Below, piece after piece: positions 48,104 to 58,400 of a DNA stretch of 64,000 nucleotides (the first letter of the stretch is position 1; each line of letters opens with the position of its first letter). The notes below the pieces were generated by a model. It was not told where the DNA came from. It saw only the letters and a program-made list of their open reading frames with translations, and did not search any database. The translations under genes and the position numbers were made by a program. The stretch is from the NCBI GenBank assembly GCA_964632945.1, contig CAZWCX010000007.1, positions 30,088 through 94,087 on the forward strand, in the 5' to 3' direction. Source of the DNA: an uncultured Planctomycetia bacterium. Its GTDB lineage: Bacteria; Planctomycetota; MHYJ01; WSZJ01; CAZWCX01.

Positions 48104-49188
48104 GGCGTGTGGTGGTTCTCGGCGCGCGCGGTTTCTTCGGCGGCGCGGTGGCCGAACTGTTGCGCGCCGGGGGGGCGGCGCCGCTCCGCGCCGCGCGGAC
48201 GGGCGGCGATATGCGCTGCGATGCCGAGGACCGGGAGTCGCTGCGCGCCGCGCTTCGATCCGGCGACGTAGTCGTCGATGCGGCCGGACCGTTCCAGGAG
48301 CGCACGACGGCCCTGGTGGAAGCCGCACTGGAGATCGGATTCGACGTCATCGACCTTTGCGACGCCCTCGGTCACGTGCGCCGGGTGCGGGGCCTCGAGG
48401 AGCGGATCCGCACCCGCGGCATCCGGGTCCTGTCGGCCTGCAGCACCGTGTCGACGGTCTCGGCCCTTGCGGTGCGGCGGAGCGGGGCGCGCGCGCCGGT
48501 GCGGCTCACCGGTTTTCTCGCGCCGGCGACGCGTCACTCGGCCCGCCGCGGCACGGCGGCGTCGCTGGTCGGGTCGCTCGGGAAGCCGGTCGAGGTCCGG
48601 CGGAACGGCACTCCGGCCCCCGCGACCGGCTGGGGCGAAGAACGGGCGTGGGACATGCCGCCTCCGGTGGGACCCGTGAACGGCGGACTTTTCGAGAGCG
48701 CCGATGTCGACACGCTGCCGCGCGTCTGGCCGACGCTCCGCGACGTCGCCCTGTATGCGGATTCCCGCGTCTTCGGCATGAACGCGGTGCTGCGACTCGC
48801 CGCACGATGGCCGTCGATCTTCCGTCCGTTCCTGCGGCCGAACCGGCTTGCGCTTTCCCTGGCGCGTCTCTGCGGCGCCGGCGCCGGCGGGATCGGATAC
48901 GAAGTGGAAGACGGCGACGGCACCCTTCTCGGCGTGGCCTGGGTCGGCCGGGATCGGTCGCATCTCGTCGCCGCGGCGCCGGCCGCGCTGGCGGCACGCG
49001 CGCTCGCCGAGGACCGCATCCCCGGGGGCGGCATCGTTCCCCCCGACCGCCACGTCGAGGTCGCGGCGCTTCGGGACCTGCTCCGCGACCTCGGCGTGGA
49101 GGAATTGCACGCGCGGATCGACCGTCGGGGCGGGCCGCCGGGGTGGATCGCCGCCGAGCCGTCCGATCCGTGCCCGTCCTCGCGCTGA
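48100..49188 (+). CDS. Saccharopine-dehydrogenase-like NAD(P)-binding protein. A GTG start overlaps the upstream stop.
   Basis: Rossmann motif VVVLGARGFFGGAVAELL at the N-terminus. Only the C-terminal third of track ORF 46036..49188 is the real gene. Confidence 0.6.
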   Translation: MRRVVVLGARGFFGGAVAELLRAGGAAPLRAARTGGDMRCDAEDRESLRAALRSGDVVVDAAGPFQERTTALVEAALEIGFDVIDLCDALGHVRRVRGLEERIRTRGIRVLSACSTVSTVSALAVRRSGARAPVRLTGFLAPATRHSARRGTAASLVGSLGKPVEVRRNGTPAPATGWGEERAWDMPPPVGPVNGGLFESADVDTLPRVWPTLRDVALYADSRVFGMNAVLRLAARWPSIFRPFLRPNRLALSLARLCGAGAGGIGYEVEDGDGTLLGVAWVGRDRSHLVAAAPAALAARALAEDRIPGGGIVPPDRHVEVAALRDLLRDLGVEELHARIDRRGGPPGWIAAEPSDPCPSSR

Positions 49189-49223
49189 GCGGGTTCGGCG
49201 GTACTTCCCGCGTCGGCCGCCCG

Positions 49224-50402
49224 TCACTCCCCGTCCATGCTCTGCAACAGCCGGACGTGAATCCGCGCGTACTCCTCCTGCTCCCGTACGTCCAGCAGCG
49301 TACTCCCGGAGGCGGGTTCCAGCAGCGCCGAGAAGGCCGCATCGCGGACCTCGGCCGACTCCTGTTCATCCAAGGCAATCCGCCGCAGGAGGGCGACGGC
49401 GTTCGAGTCGCGGGGGGTCAGGTGCCCGTCGAGCCCCTGAATGACCGCGCGCCGGAAGGCGGTATCCCGGCTCCGGTCCACTTCGCGCAGCAACGGCTCC
49501 AGGCGGTGCGGCGTGGGGTTCGAGTCGAAGGCCATCGCCAGCATTTCCCCGCGGCGCGCGGGGTCGGATTCCTGCTGGGCGGCGATTTCGAGGACTTCCG
49601 AAAACTGCGGACCGTCGCCGGGGATGTACGAGATCGCAACTTGCCGGACTTCCGGGTCGCGATCGCGAAGAAGGCGATCCCAGGCCTCGATCCGTTCCGC
49701 CTCGGGCAGGGTCGTGAGGTGCTCCGCGCCGAAGATCCGATGTCGGGAGTCGGACCGGGCCAGGGCTTCGCGCACATACGCCCCGGCGCGGTCTGCGGCG
49801 GCCAGTTCGAGCCACTCGAACAGTCCGTCGCGCAATCGCGGGTCCTGCGGATCGTCGCGCAAGCGCCGCTCCAGAATGCCGGCCATGGCGTCCGGAGCGA
49901 TCTCGATCAGCCGGCAGATCGACGCAACCAGGGCATTCCAGGCGGCGTGCATGGCCGCAGAGTCACCGGCGCGGGCCACTTTGTCCCACTCGAGCAGCAG
50001 TCGCGTGAACGAGCCCTCGGCGTCCCGATCATCGACGGAAAACGCCTTCTCGATCCGCTCGGTATGCGCGTCGGTGGATCCGGAGCCCGGCGGGAGGCCG
50101 CGCCGATCCGCGGGATCAGGCGCCGGCCGGTCCGGCCCCGCCGCGTGGGGGGCGGGCCCCGCGGGCAGGGGCGCCGCCGGCGCAGGCCTTTCCTCCAGAC
50201 CCCGCGGCGCCGTGGGATCGGTGGTGCGCTTGCGGGCGGCGTCCCGCCGGCGGGCTTCGTCGCGGAGACGTTGCGCGTCGGCGACCGCCCGGTCCCGCGC
50301 CGTTTCCGCATCGTGTCGCGCCCGGCGTTCGAGCCCCCACGCGCCCGCGACGAGGGCGGTGTAAGCGGCGATCCCCAAGACGAGCCACCGGTTCCGTCGC
50401 AT
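49224..50402 (-). CDS. N-terminally membrane-anchored HEAT-repeat protein.
   Basis: Transmembrane helix WLVLGIAAYTALVAGAW, followed by HEAT-like repeats (DPEVRQVAISYI, SAEVRDAAFSAL). The ATG was verified at 50402. Confidence 0.65.
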   Translation of the reverse strand: MRRNRWLVLGIAAYTALVAGAWGLERRARHDAETARDRAVADAQRLRDEARRRDAARKRTTDPTAPRGLEERPAPAAPLPAGPAPHAAGPDRPAPDPADRRGLPPGSGSTDAHTERIEKAFSVDDRDAEGSFTRLLLEWDKVARAGDSAAMHAAWNALVASICRLIEIAPDAMAGILERRLRDDPQDPRLRDGLFEWLELAAADRAGAYVREALARSDSRHRIFGAEHLTTLPEAERIEAWDRLLRDRDPEVRQVAISYIPGDGPQFSEVLEIAAQQESDPARRGEMLAMAFDSNPTPHRLEPLLREVDRSRDTAFRRAVIQGLDGHLTPRDSNAVALLRRIALDEQESAEVRDAAFSALLEPASGSTLLDVREQEEYARIHVRLLQSMDGE

Positions 50403-50528
50403 CGAGGGTTCCCCCCGGGCAGAAGCGCACCGATGCCAACATAGGACGGCACGGGGCAAGTTTCAAGCCGATTCCCGCGCACACGACCCGGCGCGGGCGG
50501 GTTGCGAGGGAACGAGCGGACGGTAGGG

Positions 50529-51386
50529 TCAGGGAATGCGTGTCGACTCGAGGAGATCCCGGACTTCCGCCAGCGGGCAGCGTTGACCCGAACACATCGC
50601 GTCGGCCGCCTTCGGCCGGACCGCCTGGAACTCCTCCGGGGTCGTGCCACGAAGTTCCCCGTTCGGCAGCCGTTTCAGGAGCGCGAGCGATGCGGCGCTG
50701 TTCCCCGAGGGGTTGCCCAGGAGGAGGTAGGCCCCCTCGACCGTCCGGAGGATTCGTTCGACTCCGAACCAATCTTCGAGTCGGGTCTCCCGTTCCGTCA
50801 GGATGCCGAGCCGGAGCATGGCGCCCCCGTCGCGACCCGACTGCAAGTCGCGCAGCAGCAGGGTTCGCCCTGCCGCCAGGTTGGTCGCCTGGATGCGGAT
50901 GGCGCAGGCGATGCGCTCGAACCAGCAGTCCGGCGTCGAACCCCAGGCGGGGATGTCCCCGAAGAGGTCGCGCAGGTCGGCTGCGAAGGAAGGGAGCCAG
51001 TCCCGATCCGGACACGTGGATCGCAGCAGCAGTCCGGGATCCGGGTCCGCGAGCAGTTCACGTACTGCATCCGGCGGGATCGCCTGGATTCGGCGTCGAT
51101 CGACGAGGTGGACGAGGTGGTGCCTCGGTGGGGGCTCGTCCTCGGGGTCCCAGAACCGGGTGGTGACGAGGTCGAGGAAGGATCCCACGGGCCGACGAAG
51201 GACCCAGTCGATTCGGTAGTCGCGGAACCCGGGAAGATCGGTGCCGCGGAGGGTGATCACGAACCAGCCGTCCCGCTTCCATGGTCCGGCGAACTCCCGC
51301 ACACCCGGGGGAAAGTCGATCGGGTCCAAACCGGGGGCGAACTGCCGGCGAATCCGTTCCCAGTTCCGGCGGTCGGCGTCGTTCAT
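50529..51386 (-). CDS. Cytoplasmic hypothetical protein of 285 aa.
   Basis: No signal peptide and a non-repetitive, balanced composition (WFVITLRGTDLPGFRDYRIDWVL...). The ATG was verified at 51386. It lies downstream of, and on the same strand as, the giant-protein genes. Confidence 0.55.
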   Translation of the reverse strand: MNDADRRNWERIRRQFAPGLDPIDFPPGVREFAGPWKRDGWFVITLRGTDLPGFRDYRIDWVLRRPVGSFLDLVTTRFWDPEDEPPPRHHLVHLVDRRRIQAIPPDAVRELLADPDPGLLLRSTCPDRDWLPSFAADLRDLFGDIPAWGSTPDCWFERIACAIRIQATNLAAGRTLLLRDLQSGRDGGAMLRLGILTERETRLEDWFGVERILRTVEGAYLLLGNPSGNSAASLALLKRLPNGELRGTTPEEFQAVRPKAADAMCSGQRCPLAEVRDLLESTRIP

Positions 51387-51490
51387 GGCCGGTTCCTTCT
51401 GCGGTTGCCCTGCAGGGAACGCGCGGGCGCCGCGTCCGCCTTCCGCCGGCACCCGGGAGGCCGGCGGGGGAGGCGGACGGTGGGATCCGA

Positions 51491-54400
51491 CTAGGTTCCG
51501 GGAGTTCCCTGCGGGCCCGGCGGCGTCGCGCCTTCCGCCGGCGGCGTGGGTGCGGCGGCCGGCGGGTGTCCCGCGCCCCAGTTCGGGGAAGCGGCGGTCG
51601 TTCCGGGCATCGGCGCCTCCGGGCCCCCCTCCGGGGCACTTCCGTCGCCGGCCCCGCCGCCCCACCAGGAGCGTACTCCCTGGAGCGCGCCGTACAGGAC
51701 CGCGAGCATGAAGCACGCGCCCGCCGTGAAGACCAGCACCGACAGGTACTCCCGGTACGTTTCCTCCAGCAGCGTGTGCGCGCCGAGGAGCACGAGCGTG
51801 CCCGCGCCAAGCCAGCCGATTCGGGCGAGGTCGGTGACGCCGGGCACGCGCCAGAGGGCCCACACGACCAGGAGCAGGAGCAGGGCCATCGTGCCGCGCG
51901 CGACGTAGCCGACGCTGGTGCGCACGCAGCGGGACCGGATCCGTCCGGGTTCATCGAGCGAAATCAGGGTCTGGAAGTGGAACGACTTCCCGGACTTCGG
52001 TCGCGCGCCGCTCGACATGGAGGGGAGGCCGGCGGCCTTGCCCTGCTGGACCTCCATCGCCCCGCCGCCCATGCGGGCTTCGGACATGCGGCGAATGACT
52101 TCCACGTTGCGCTGGTACTGGACGTCTCCCTGGCCGGCGGGTGCGTTCGCGCCCGTCGACTGCGGGGCCATGGCGATCGGCGCATCGGGGTCGGCCGCCG
52201 TGAGCTCGTTCTCGGTGAAGTAGGAGACGCGGCGCATGTTCCCCGAGTCGGCCACCAGTTCGTAATTCACCGGCAGGGAGACCGACCAACCGAGCCGCAG
52301 GACCGGCAGGTTCATCGGCGGCGCGGCGAGGTCGATGACGTCGACCACGCCCATCGGCTTCTGTTTCCGGCCGAATCGAAGGCGGACGTCGAACGTCTCG
52401 TCGCCGCGGGCCGCCTTGGCGATCGGCACCAGGGTGATCGTCTTGCCCGACTCCTGCGTCTGGAACGGGGTCTCCTGCGCACCGGCCACGAAGAGGTGCC
52501 AGATGTCGGCATCCGCGGGAAGTTCGAGCCGCAGGTACTGTTCCCGGGTGTTGCGAACCCGGGCGGCCAGGTCGGTGATCATGTGGCCTTCCTCGGTGAT
52601 GGTCGTCGACAGCCGCAGGGCCTCGACCACCGCGACGAGGACCTTGGCGAACTCGTTCTGGCGGATGTTGGCCGAGAAAGAGTACGGGTGCCGGAGGTAG
52701 CGGAACGCCATCAGGATCGGCACCGAGATGCCGCGCTTGTAGTCGGCGGGGACTTCCTTGTCGTCGATCGGCGTGAGCGCCTCGATCGCGGGCGCCGACA
52801 TCTCCACGTCCGGCCGCGCCGCAAATGCGAGGTAGCCGGTTTCGCGCTCGAGATCGTAGGCCTCCCCGACCGGCTGGACCTGGGGGCCGGTGAAGGTCAC
52901 GGCGCCGCTGCGGTCCTTCACGTCCCGCTGGAAGGTCAGGTAGAGGGTGTACGCGCCGGTCTGGGGCGAGTGGAGGGTTACCGTCCACACGTCCCCCTCC
53001 CCGGGGCGCGCGCCCTTGGTCTTTTCCTTGTGCTTGATCGCCTGCCCGTCGATGTCCGGGTCGTTGACGCCCGGCGGGAGCTTGATCTTGAACTGGCTCA
53101 CGCCGGCGTACAGGATCGAGAAGCGCAGGGTCGTGGAGCAGGTCACCAGCTGCTCGGCGATGGAGACGAAGCTGAAGGTCTCGGCGGTCACGCGCGGCTT
53201 GACCTTCTCCACCGACAGCCCCAGCGACCACGGGGATTCGAAGTACTTGTAGGCGATCGCGAACGACGCCGCCCGTCCGGCGAGGCCGGCGGGGAGGTCC
53301 TTGAGGTCGATCTCGGTCAGTTTCTGCGTCCCCTTGGCGTCGGTCTTGACGCGCAGGTCGGCGGCGGTGGTGAGGGCCAGGTGGCCGCGCTCCTTTTTCA
53401 CGTCGCGGACGGCGAAGGCGGGCAGGCCGATCCCCTTGGTCACCTCGGTCAGCGGCGTCTCCGCCTTGATCGAGAGGACGTAGGCGCCTTCGACCTTGGA
53501 CTTGAGGGTCACGGTGAGAACGCCGTCGGTCTCATCGCGCTTCCAGTCGTCGAGGTTCTCGCCCTCCACCGACAGGATGCGCAATTCGGGGGCGAGCCAC
53601 GCCTTGAGGGAGAAGACGCCCGCCTTGCGGATGTCGTACGCGAGTTCGGCGGAGAGTTCGAGGTTCTTGTCGGTGATGGAGTACACTCCGCGGGTCTCGA
53701 CCGTCACCTCCGGCATGACGTCGGTGACGCCGACCGCGAGCTTGTAGGGGTGTTTCAGGTAGCGGAAGGCCAGCTCGACCGGCTCCCGGTCCGGAGCGGG
53801 CTGCCCGCCCTTGCCGCCGTTCCCGGCCGCCGCGGGCTCATCGAAGAGCGTCCACGCCAGTTCGCGGACGTTGATCTGTCGAATCCCGTCGAAGGCACGG
53901 GCCTCCGCCTTCACGCCCGGGACCGTGGTGAGGGCGACGTAGCCCCACTCGCGCTCGACGTCGAGCACCTCGATGGCGGGCAGGGAGACGTCCGCGGCGT
54001 CCTTCACCGCGCGTTCGGTTTCCAGCGTGAGGCGGTAGTCGCCTTCCGCCTTGGAGCGGAGGTCCACCGCCAGAACGTTGTCCTTCACCTGCTGCGTATT
54101 GATGTCCCGGCCGCCGAGGTCGAGCAGTTTGAGGCCGTCGGGGAGGCGAATGAGGAAGCGGAACACGCCGGCGTCGCGGATCTTGTAATTCACCGCGGTG
54201 GACAGGCGCAGGGTGTCTTTGGAGAGCCGCGCGACCGTGAAGACATCCGCCGTCACCTTGGGCGTCACCTCGCTGACGGAGAGCGAGGCGTCGAAGGGCC
54301 GCTTGAGGTACTTGAAGCCCAGCTGCATCTCGTCGCCGGACTTCAGGTCGCCGGGCAGTTCCTGCACGTCGACCTGGGCGACGTCCTTGGCCGAGGCGAC

Positions 54401-55354
54401 CTCGACCTTGATCCCCTTCTTTGCGGCGATGGCGATCGCCCCCTTCTCGCGCTCGACGCCGAGCACGGCCACCCGCGGGGCGGCGACGGTGACGGGGATG
54501 CCCTCGAGGTTGCGCTCGAACTGGAGCTGGAGGGTGTAGGCCTTTTCGACCTCGCGGAGGAGTGCGATCTTCAGCACGCGGCCGTTGGCCTCGTCCGTGA
54601 CGTTCCAGGAGCGCACGTGTTCGCCGACGACATTCATGAGATTCAGGCCTTCGCCGATCTCGAACCGGATTTCGCCGAGGGCGCCCTGCACAACGTGGAA
54701 GTCGAACGTGCTGTCCAGGCGCAGGACGCCGCGCGCGAACGTGAGGAGGGCGCGTTGTTCCGCGAAGACCACGTTGCCGACCTTCTGGTCGAGTTCCCGC
54801 GACTGCCAGGTCACGGTGACTTGGGAGGAGGGGCCGCCGTAGACGACCACTTCGGTCTTGCCGTCCTTCTCGGAGGTGCCGAAGTTGCCGGTCGGGTCGG
54901 TGGTGACCTTGAGATTGGTCTCGGGGATGGTGAATTGCACCAGGGAACGCACGGCGGGGGCGAACGGGAGGGTGATCGACTTGCCCGCCTTGTCGTCCTT
55001 CACGCGCGTCACGAAGCCGAGATCGATTCCGTACGTCCCGGGCTTCCCGAGCAGGAGGTCGAGGCCGTGGGCGCCCCGGCGCAGATGGACGAAATCGTCG
55101 TCGCCCATGCGCACGCGGAAATCGGTGAGCGAGATCTCACCCGGGAGAAGACGCAGGGCGTGCCAGCCGGGCTGGACGCACCGCACGGTGGCTCTCATCG
55201 AGAAGGTGCCGAGGCCGCCGGAGATGGAGCCTTCGGCGGTCATCTCCTTGACGAGCACCTGCACTTCAGGCGCGGGGGTCGCCGGCTCCTGCGCCGGGGC
55301 GAGGGCGGCGCAGAGGAACAGCGCGGCGAGCGCGAGGGAAAGCGGCTTGCACAT
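51491..55354 (-). CDS. Giant secreted repeat protein of about 1288 aa with a signal peptide and C-terminal transmembrane anchor. It is a paralogue of the next gene.
   Basis: Signal peptide MCKPLSLALAALFLCAALAPAQEP; the ATG was verified at 55354. At least four ~130-aa modules recur (F[RK]YL[KR]xP[YFW]...V.P[KR]VT.ET...Y.IR.AGVF.[FL].[IL].LP.G). C-terminal helices are present (MALLLLLVVWALWRV, LSVLVFTAGACFMLAVLYGAL). Confidence 0.8.
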   Translation of the reverse strand: MCKPLSLALAALFLCAALAPAQEPATPAPEVQVLVKEMTAEGSISGGLGTFSMRATVRCVQPGWHALRLLPGEISLTDFRVRMGDDDFVHLRRGAHGLDLLLGKPGTYGIDLGFVTRVKDDKAGKSITLPFAPAVRSLVQFTIPETNLKVTTDPTGNFGTSEKDGKTEVVVYGGPSSQVTVTWQSRELDQKVGNVVFAEQRALLTFARGVLRLDSTFDFHVVQGALGEIRFEIGEGLNLMNVVGEHVRSWNVTDEANGRVLKIALLREVEKAYTLQLQFERNLEGIPVTVAAPRVAVLGVEREKGAIAIAAKKGIKVEVASAKDVAQVDVQELPGDLKSGDEMQLGFKYLKRPFDASLSVSEVTPKVTADVFTVARLSKDTLRLSTAVNYKIRDAGVFRFLIRLPDGLKLLDLGGRDINTQQVKDNVLAVDLRSKAEGDYRLTLETERAVKDAADVSLPAIEVLDVEREWGYVALTTVPGVKAEARAFDGIRQINVRELAWTLFDEPAAAGNGGKGGQPAPDREPVELAFRYLKHPYKLAVGVTDVMPEVTVETRGVYSITDKNLELSAELAYDIRKAGVFSLKAWLAPELRILSVEGENLDDWKRDETDGVLTVTLKSKVEGAYVLSIKAETPLTEVTKGIGLPAFAVRDVKKERGHLALTTAADLRVKTDAKGTQKLTEIDLKDLPAGLAGRAASFAIAYKYFESPWSLGLSVEKVKPRVTAETFSFVSIAEQLVTCSTTLRFSILYAGVSQFKIKLPPGVNDPDIDGQAIKHKEKTKGARPGEGDVWTVTLHSPQTGAYTLYLTFQRDVKDRSGAVTFTGPQVQPVGEAYDLERETGYLAFAARPDVEMSAPAIEALTPIDDKEVPADYKRGISVPILMAFRYLRHPYSFSANIRQNEFAKVLVAVVEALRLSTTITEEGHMITDLAARVRNTREQYLRLELPADADIWHLFVAGAQETPFQTQESGKTITLVPIAKAARGDETFDVRLRFGRKQKPMGVVDVIDLAAPPMNLPVLRLGWSVSLPVNYELVADSGNMRRVSYFTENELTAADPDAPIAMAPQSTGANAPAGQGDVQYQRNVEVIRRMSEARMGGGAMEVQQGKAAGLPSMSSGARPKSGKSFHFQTLISLDEPGRIRSRCVRTSVGYVARGTMALLLLLVVWALWRVPGVTDLARIGWLGAGTLVLLGAHTLLEETYREYLSVLVFTAGACFMLAVLYGALQGVRSWWGGGAGDGSAPEGGPEAPMPGTTAASPNWGAGHPPAAAPTPPAEGATPPGPQGTPGT

Positions 55355-55497
55355 GGGGGCCTCCAGCAGGTTCGGAAGGAGCCGGGGGGCGGACCGGGGC
55401 GCGGGGACGATCCCGCGCCGGCCGCGAGCGGGCTCCGGAAGTACAGGGACACGAGCGGGCGGCCGTCCGGGCGCGCCCGCGGGGGGCGGAATTCGGA

Positions 55498-58400
55498 TCA
55501 TCTGGGGAACACCTTGGCGGCGATGGCCTTGGCGGACAGAAGGAGGAGCGAGGCGCCCGAAGACCAGGCCGCCACGGACAGATACGGCGCGAGCGGGGCA
55601 TCGGCCCCGGACGACGCGAAGGCGACGGCGGCAAGGGCCACGCCCGCGACCAGGGCGCCGGCGCGCGGCCAGGCCCAGCCCAGGGCGATCAGGCCGACGC
55701 CGAGCAGCCCCACGGTGCCGAGCTGGATGGCCAGGCTCGTTCCCGCCGCGACACACCAGACGTCCAGGCGCGCGTCGCCGCCCGCCAGGGACATCTCCTG
55801 GAACTGAACTTTGCGCGTGCCCGCGACCGGGAAGGAAACCGCGATCGGGAGCGCCGCTTCGCACAGGCCCCGTTCGACGCGACGGAACGGGATCGCGTCC
55901 GCCGCCTGCAGGGTCGACTGGGCGTGGAGGAGTCCGAGGTTGGTCGCCGGCGGGGTCTTCACGTCCGGCGTCGGTGGCGACTCGGGGTCGGAGGGCAGCG
56001 GGGACTCGGTCCGGCTGGCCAGTTCGGACGCGCGCCCCGGCTGCTTGGAGGGACGCGGCGACGGGGTGTTCGCGGACTTTCCGCCGGCGAACCGGCCCTC
56101 ATCGGTGGACGGGGGCTGCATCCCTCCCGCGGAGGTTTCCCCCGCCGGGGCGGCCCCGCCCTTGGCGGCGGCCTGCTTCTCCATCTCCAGGTCCGGGTCC
56201 GCGGCGGGGGCGGGTGCAGACTTCTTCCCCTTCAGCGCGCGCTCGAGCTTGTCGCCCGCCTGGGCGAGTTGGCCGTCGTCATACCGGTCCGCTTCGCGAG
56301 GCCGTCTTTCCTCGGCCTTCCGTTCCAGGTCCTTGAGGCGGGCATCGGCGATGTTGCCGCGCACGTTCTGATAGTCCCGCCCGGCCTCGGCGAACTCTTC
56401 CTGGTCCGCGGTCTCGTTGTGGTCCATCGGCTCGTCGGCTATCTGTTGCGGCTTGTCGGCGGCGGCGCGGTCGCCCTTGCGCTGTTGGCGGTAGTTGCCG
56501 ATCGTCGCTTCTTCGCTCGCGGAGCGGCCGTCATCGGCGAGTTCCTTCTCCCGGTTTTTCTGGTCCGCCCCGCGGAGATTGCGCCGGTGCTCCCGCTGGG
56601 CCGGCCCCGAGGCGGGTTCCGGCGCGGCCGCCCCGGGCGCGGCATAGCCCGACGAGGCCGCGATGTCCTGCTCCCCCATGTCGCGCAGCGTGAATTCGGT
56701 GTTGATCCGGTCCGCAGCGCGCGACTGGCTGGGCGCCCCTTCATCGAGAGACATCGACGCCGCCTTGAAGAGGCGGGCGGATCGCTTTCCGACGGTGACG
56801 ACCAGGCCGGCGGCGACCGCCACGACGAGGGCGGCGATGGCGCCGAAGCGGATCAGGGGATGGATTTCGTACGCGCGCAGCGCGTCGCGCAGCCAGAGGA
56901 GGAAGGCGCATGCGCCGGCGAGGGTCCCCACGGCCAGGCCGATGCCCAGGATCCAGGCCAGGGCGGTGATCAGCCAGGGGGGCACCGCTTCCTTCAGGAT
57001 GCGGCCCATGCGCTCGAACAGGCGCGGCGCCTCCATCCCCGGTTCCACCGCCGCGAGCCGGAGCGAACCCTCCGCGTCGAGCATGTGGTAGCCGCCGGGC
57101 AGATAGACGGCCCAGCGCACGGCCTCCATCTTGATGTCGGATTCGGGGGCGCGGAAGGACGGTCGGGCGGCGAGCCCGAGTGCGCCGACCTTCTGCGTCC
57201 AGACCACGCTCACGTCGCACTGGATCCGGCCCGCGGTCGCGCGCGGGAGCGGGAAGCGGATCTTGCCGCCTTCTCCCAGGCTCGGCTTGACCGGTTCGCC
57301 GTCCACATATCCGCCCCACACGGTGGCGGTGTCGGGGAAGGCGAGTTCGAGATACTGCTTGTCGGTGTTGGTGAGCCGGGCGTTGAGGTAGGTCAAGGCG
57401 TCGCCGTCGGGCTGCACGATCGTGTGCAGGTCGCACATGCCCATCTGGGCGGCCTCGACCTGGCCGCGCTGGTGGGTGGTGACGCGGAAGACCGCTTGCG
57501 CGGGCGTGCGGGCGAACCGCAGCATGTGGGTATAGGCCAGGGAAGCGTCCCGGAACTCCTCGGGCAATTCCTGGCGGTCGAGGGCGGTCGTGCCCTGTCC
57601 GCGGACGAGTTCCACTTCCGCGCCCGACTGATCGCGGGCGACGAGGAGGACGCCTTCCATGCGCTCGACCCCGGCGATCTCCGGCGGGGAGACGCGGACC
57701 TGGGGGTCGTCGTCGGGGACGGCCATTTCGTACCCCATGGTGATGCGGACCGCGCCCTTGCGGCTGCCGGCAAAGGTCAGTTCCCAGGCGCCGTCCTCGA
57801 AGCGTCGGCCCTGGAGATCCTCCGCGTCGACGCGCGAATTGAGGGCCCCGGTCGGGAGGGTCACGCGCAACCGGCGGATGCCGGCGCGTTCCACCTCGAG
57901 GTCGGCGACGCAAAGGGCGGTGACGAGGCCGCGGCGGATCTCGGCCACGGTCGTGGAGCGCGCCTGGATGCGCGGCGTCAGCGGCTTCGCCGCCACGCGC
58001 ACGGACCAGGTCGCCCCCGCGCACCGATACGCCAGGACGGGGTTCGTCGCGCGCAGCTCGCCGGGGAGTTGCCCGATCGGAATCTCGCCGACCTGATCCG
58101 TTCCCGCGGCGGTCACTTCGATTTCACCGGCGGCGGCGAAGGCCGCCCAGCCGCGCTGCTCTTTTGCGCCGGCCCAGACCAGGCCGCCCAGCGGGGACGC
58201 CGCCTTGGTCGTGTCCACCCGCGACTCGGTCTCCACCGCCAGCGCGAGGGCCCCCGTGCGACCCGCCTTCAGGTCGATGCGCAGGGTCCGATCCGCGTCG
58301 CGGAACGTCCAGTCGCGCACGTGCGCGCCGGACACCTTCACCGGCTCTTGGCCGGGCGGAAGGGTCAAGTCGACGGCGAAAACGGGCGCGCGGGAAACGT

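Noticed and set aside
46036-49188. 1050-aa plus-strand ORF spanning the VWA, membrane-protein and NAD-binding genes.
   Set aside because: For most of its length it is an out-of-frame read-through with Arg/Gly-rich low complexity. Only the last ~360 codons (from GTG 48100) encode a plausible Rossmann-fold protein.
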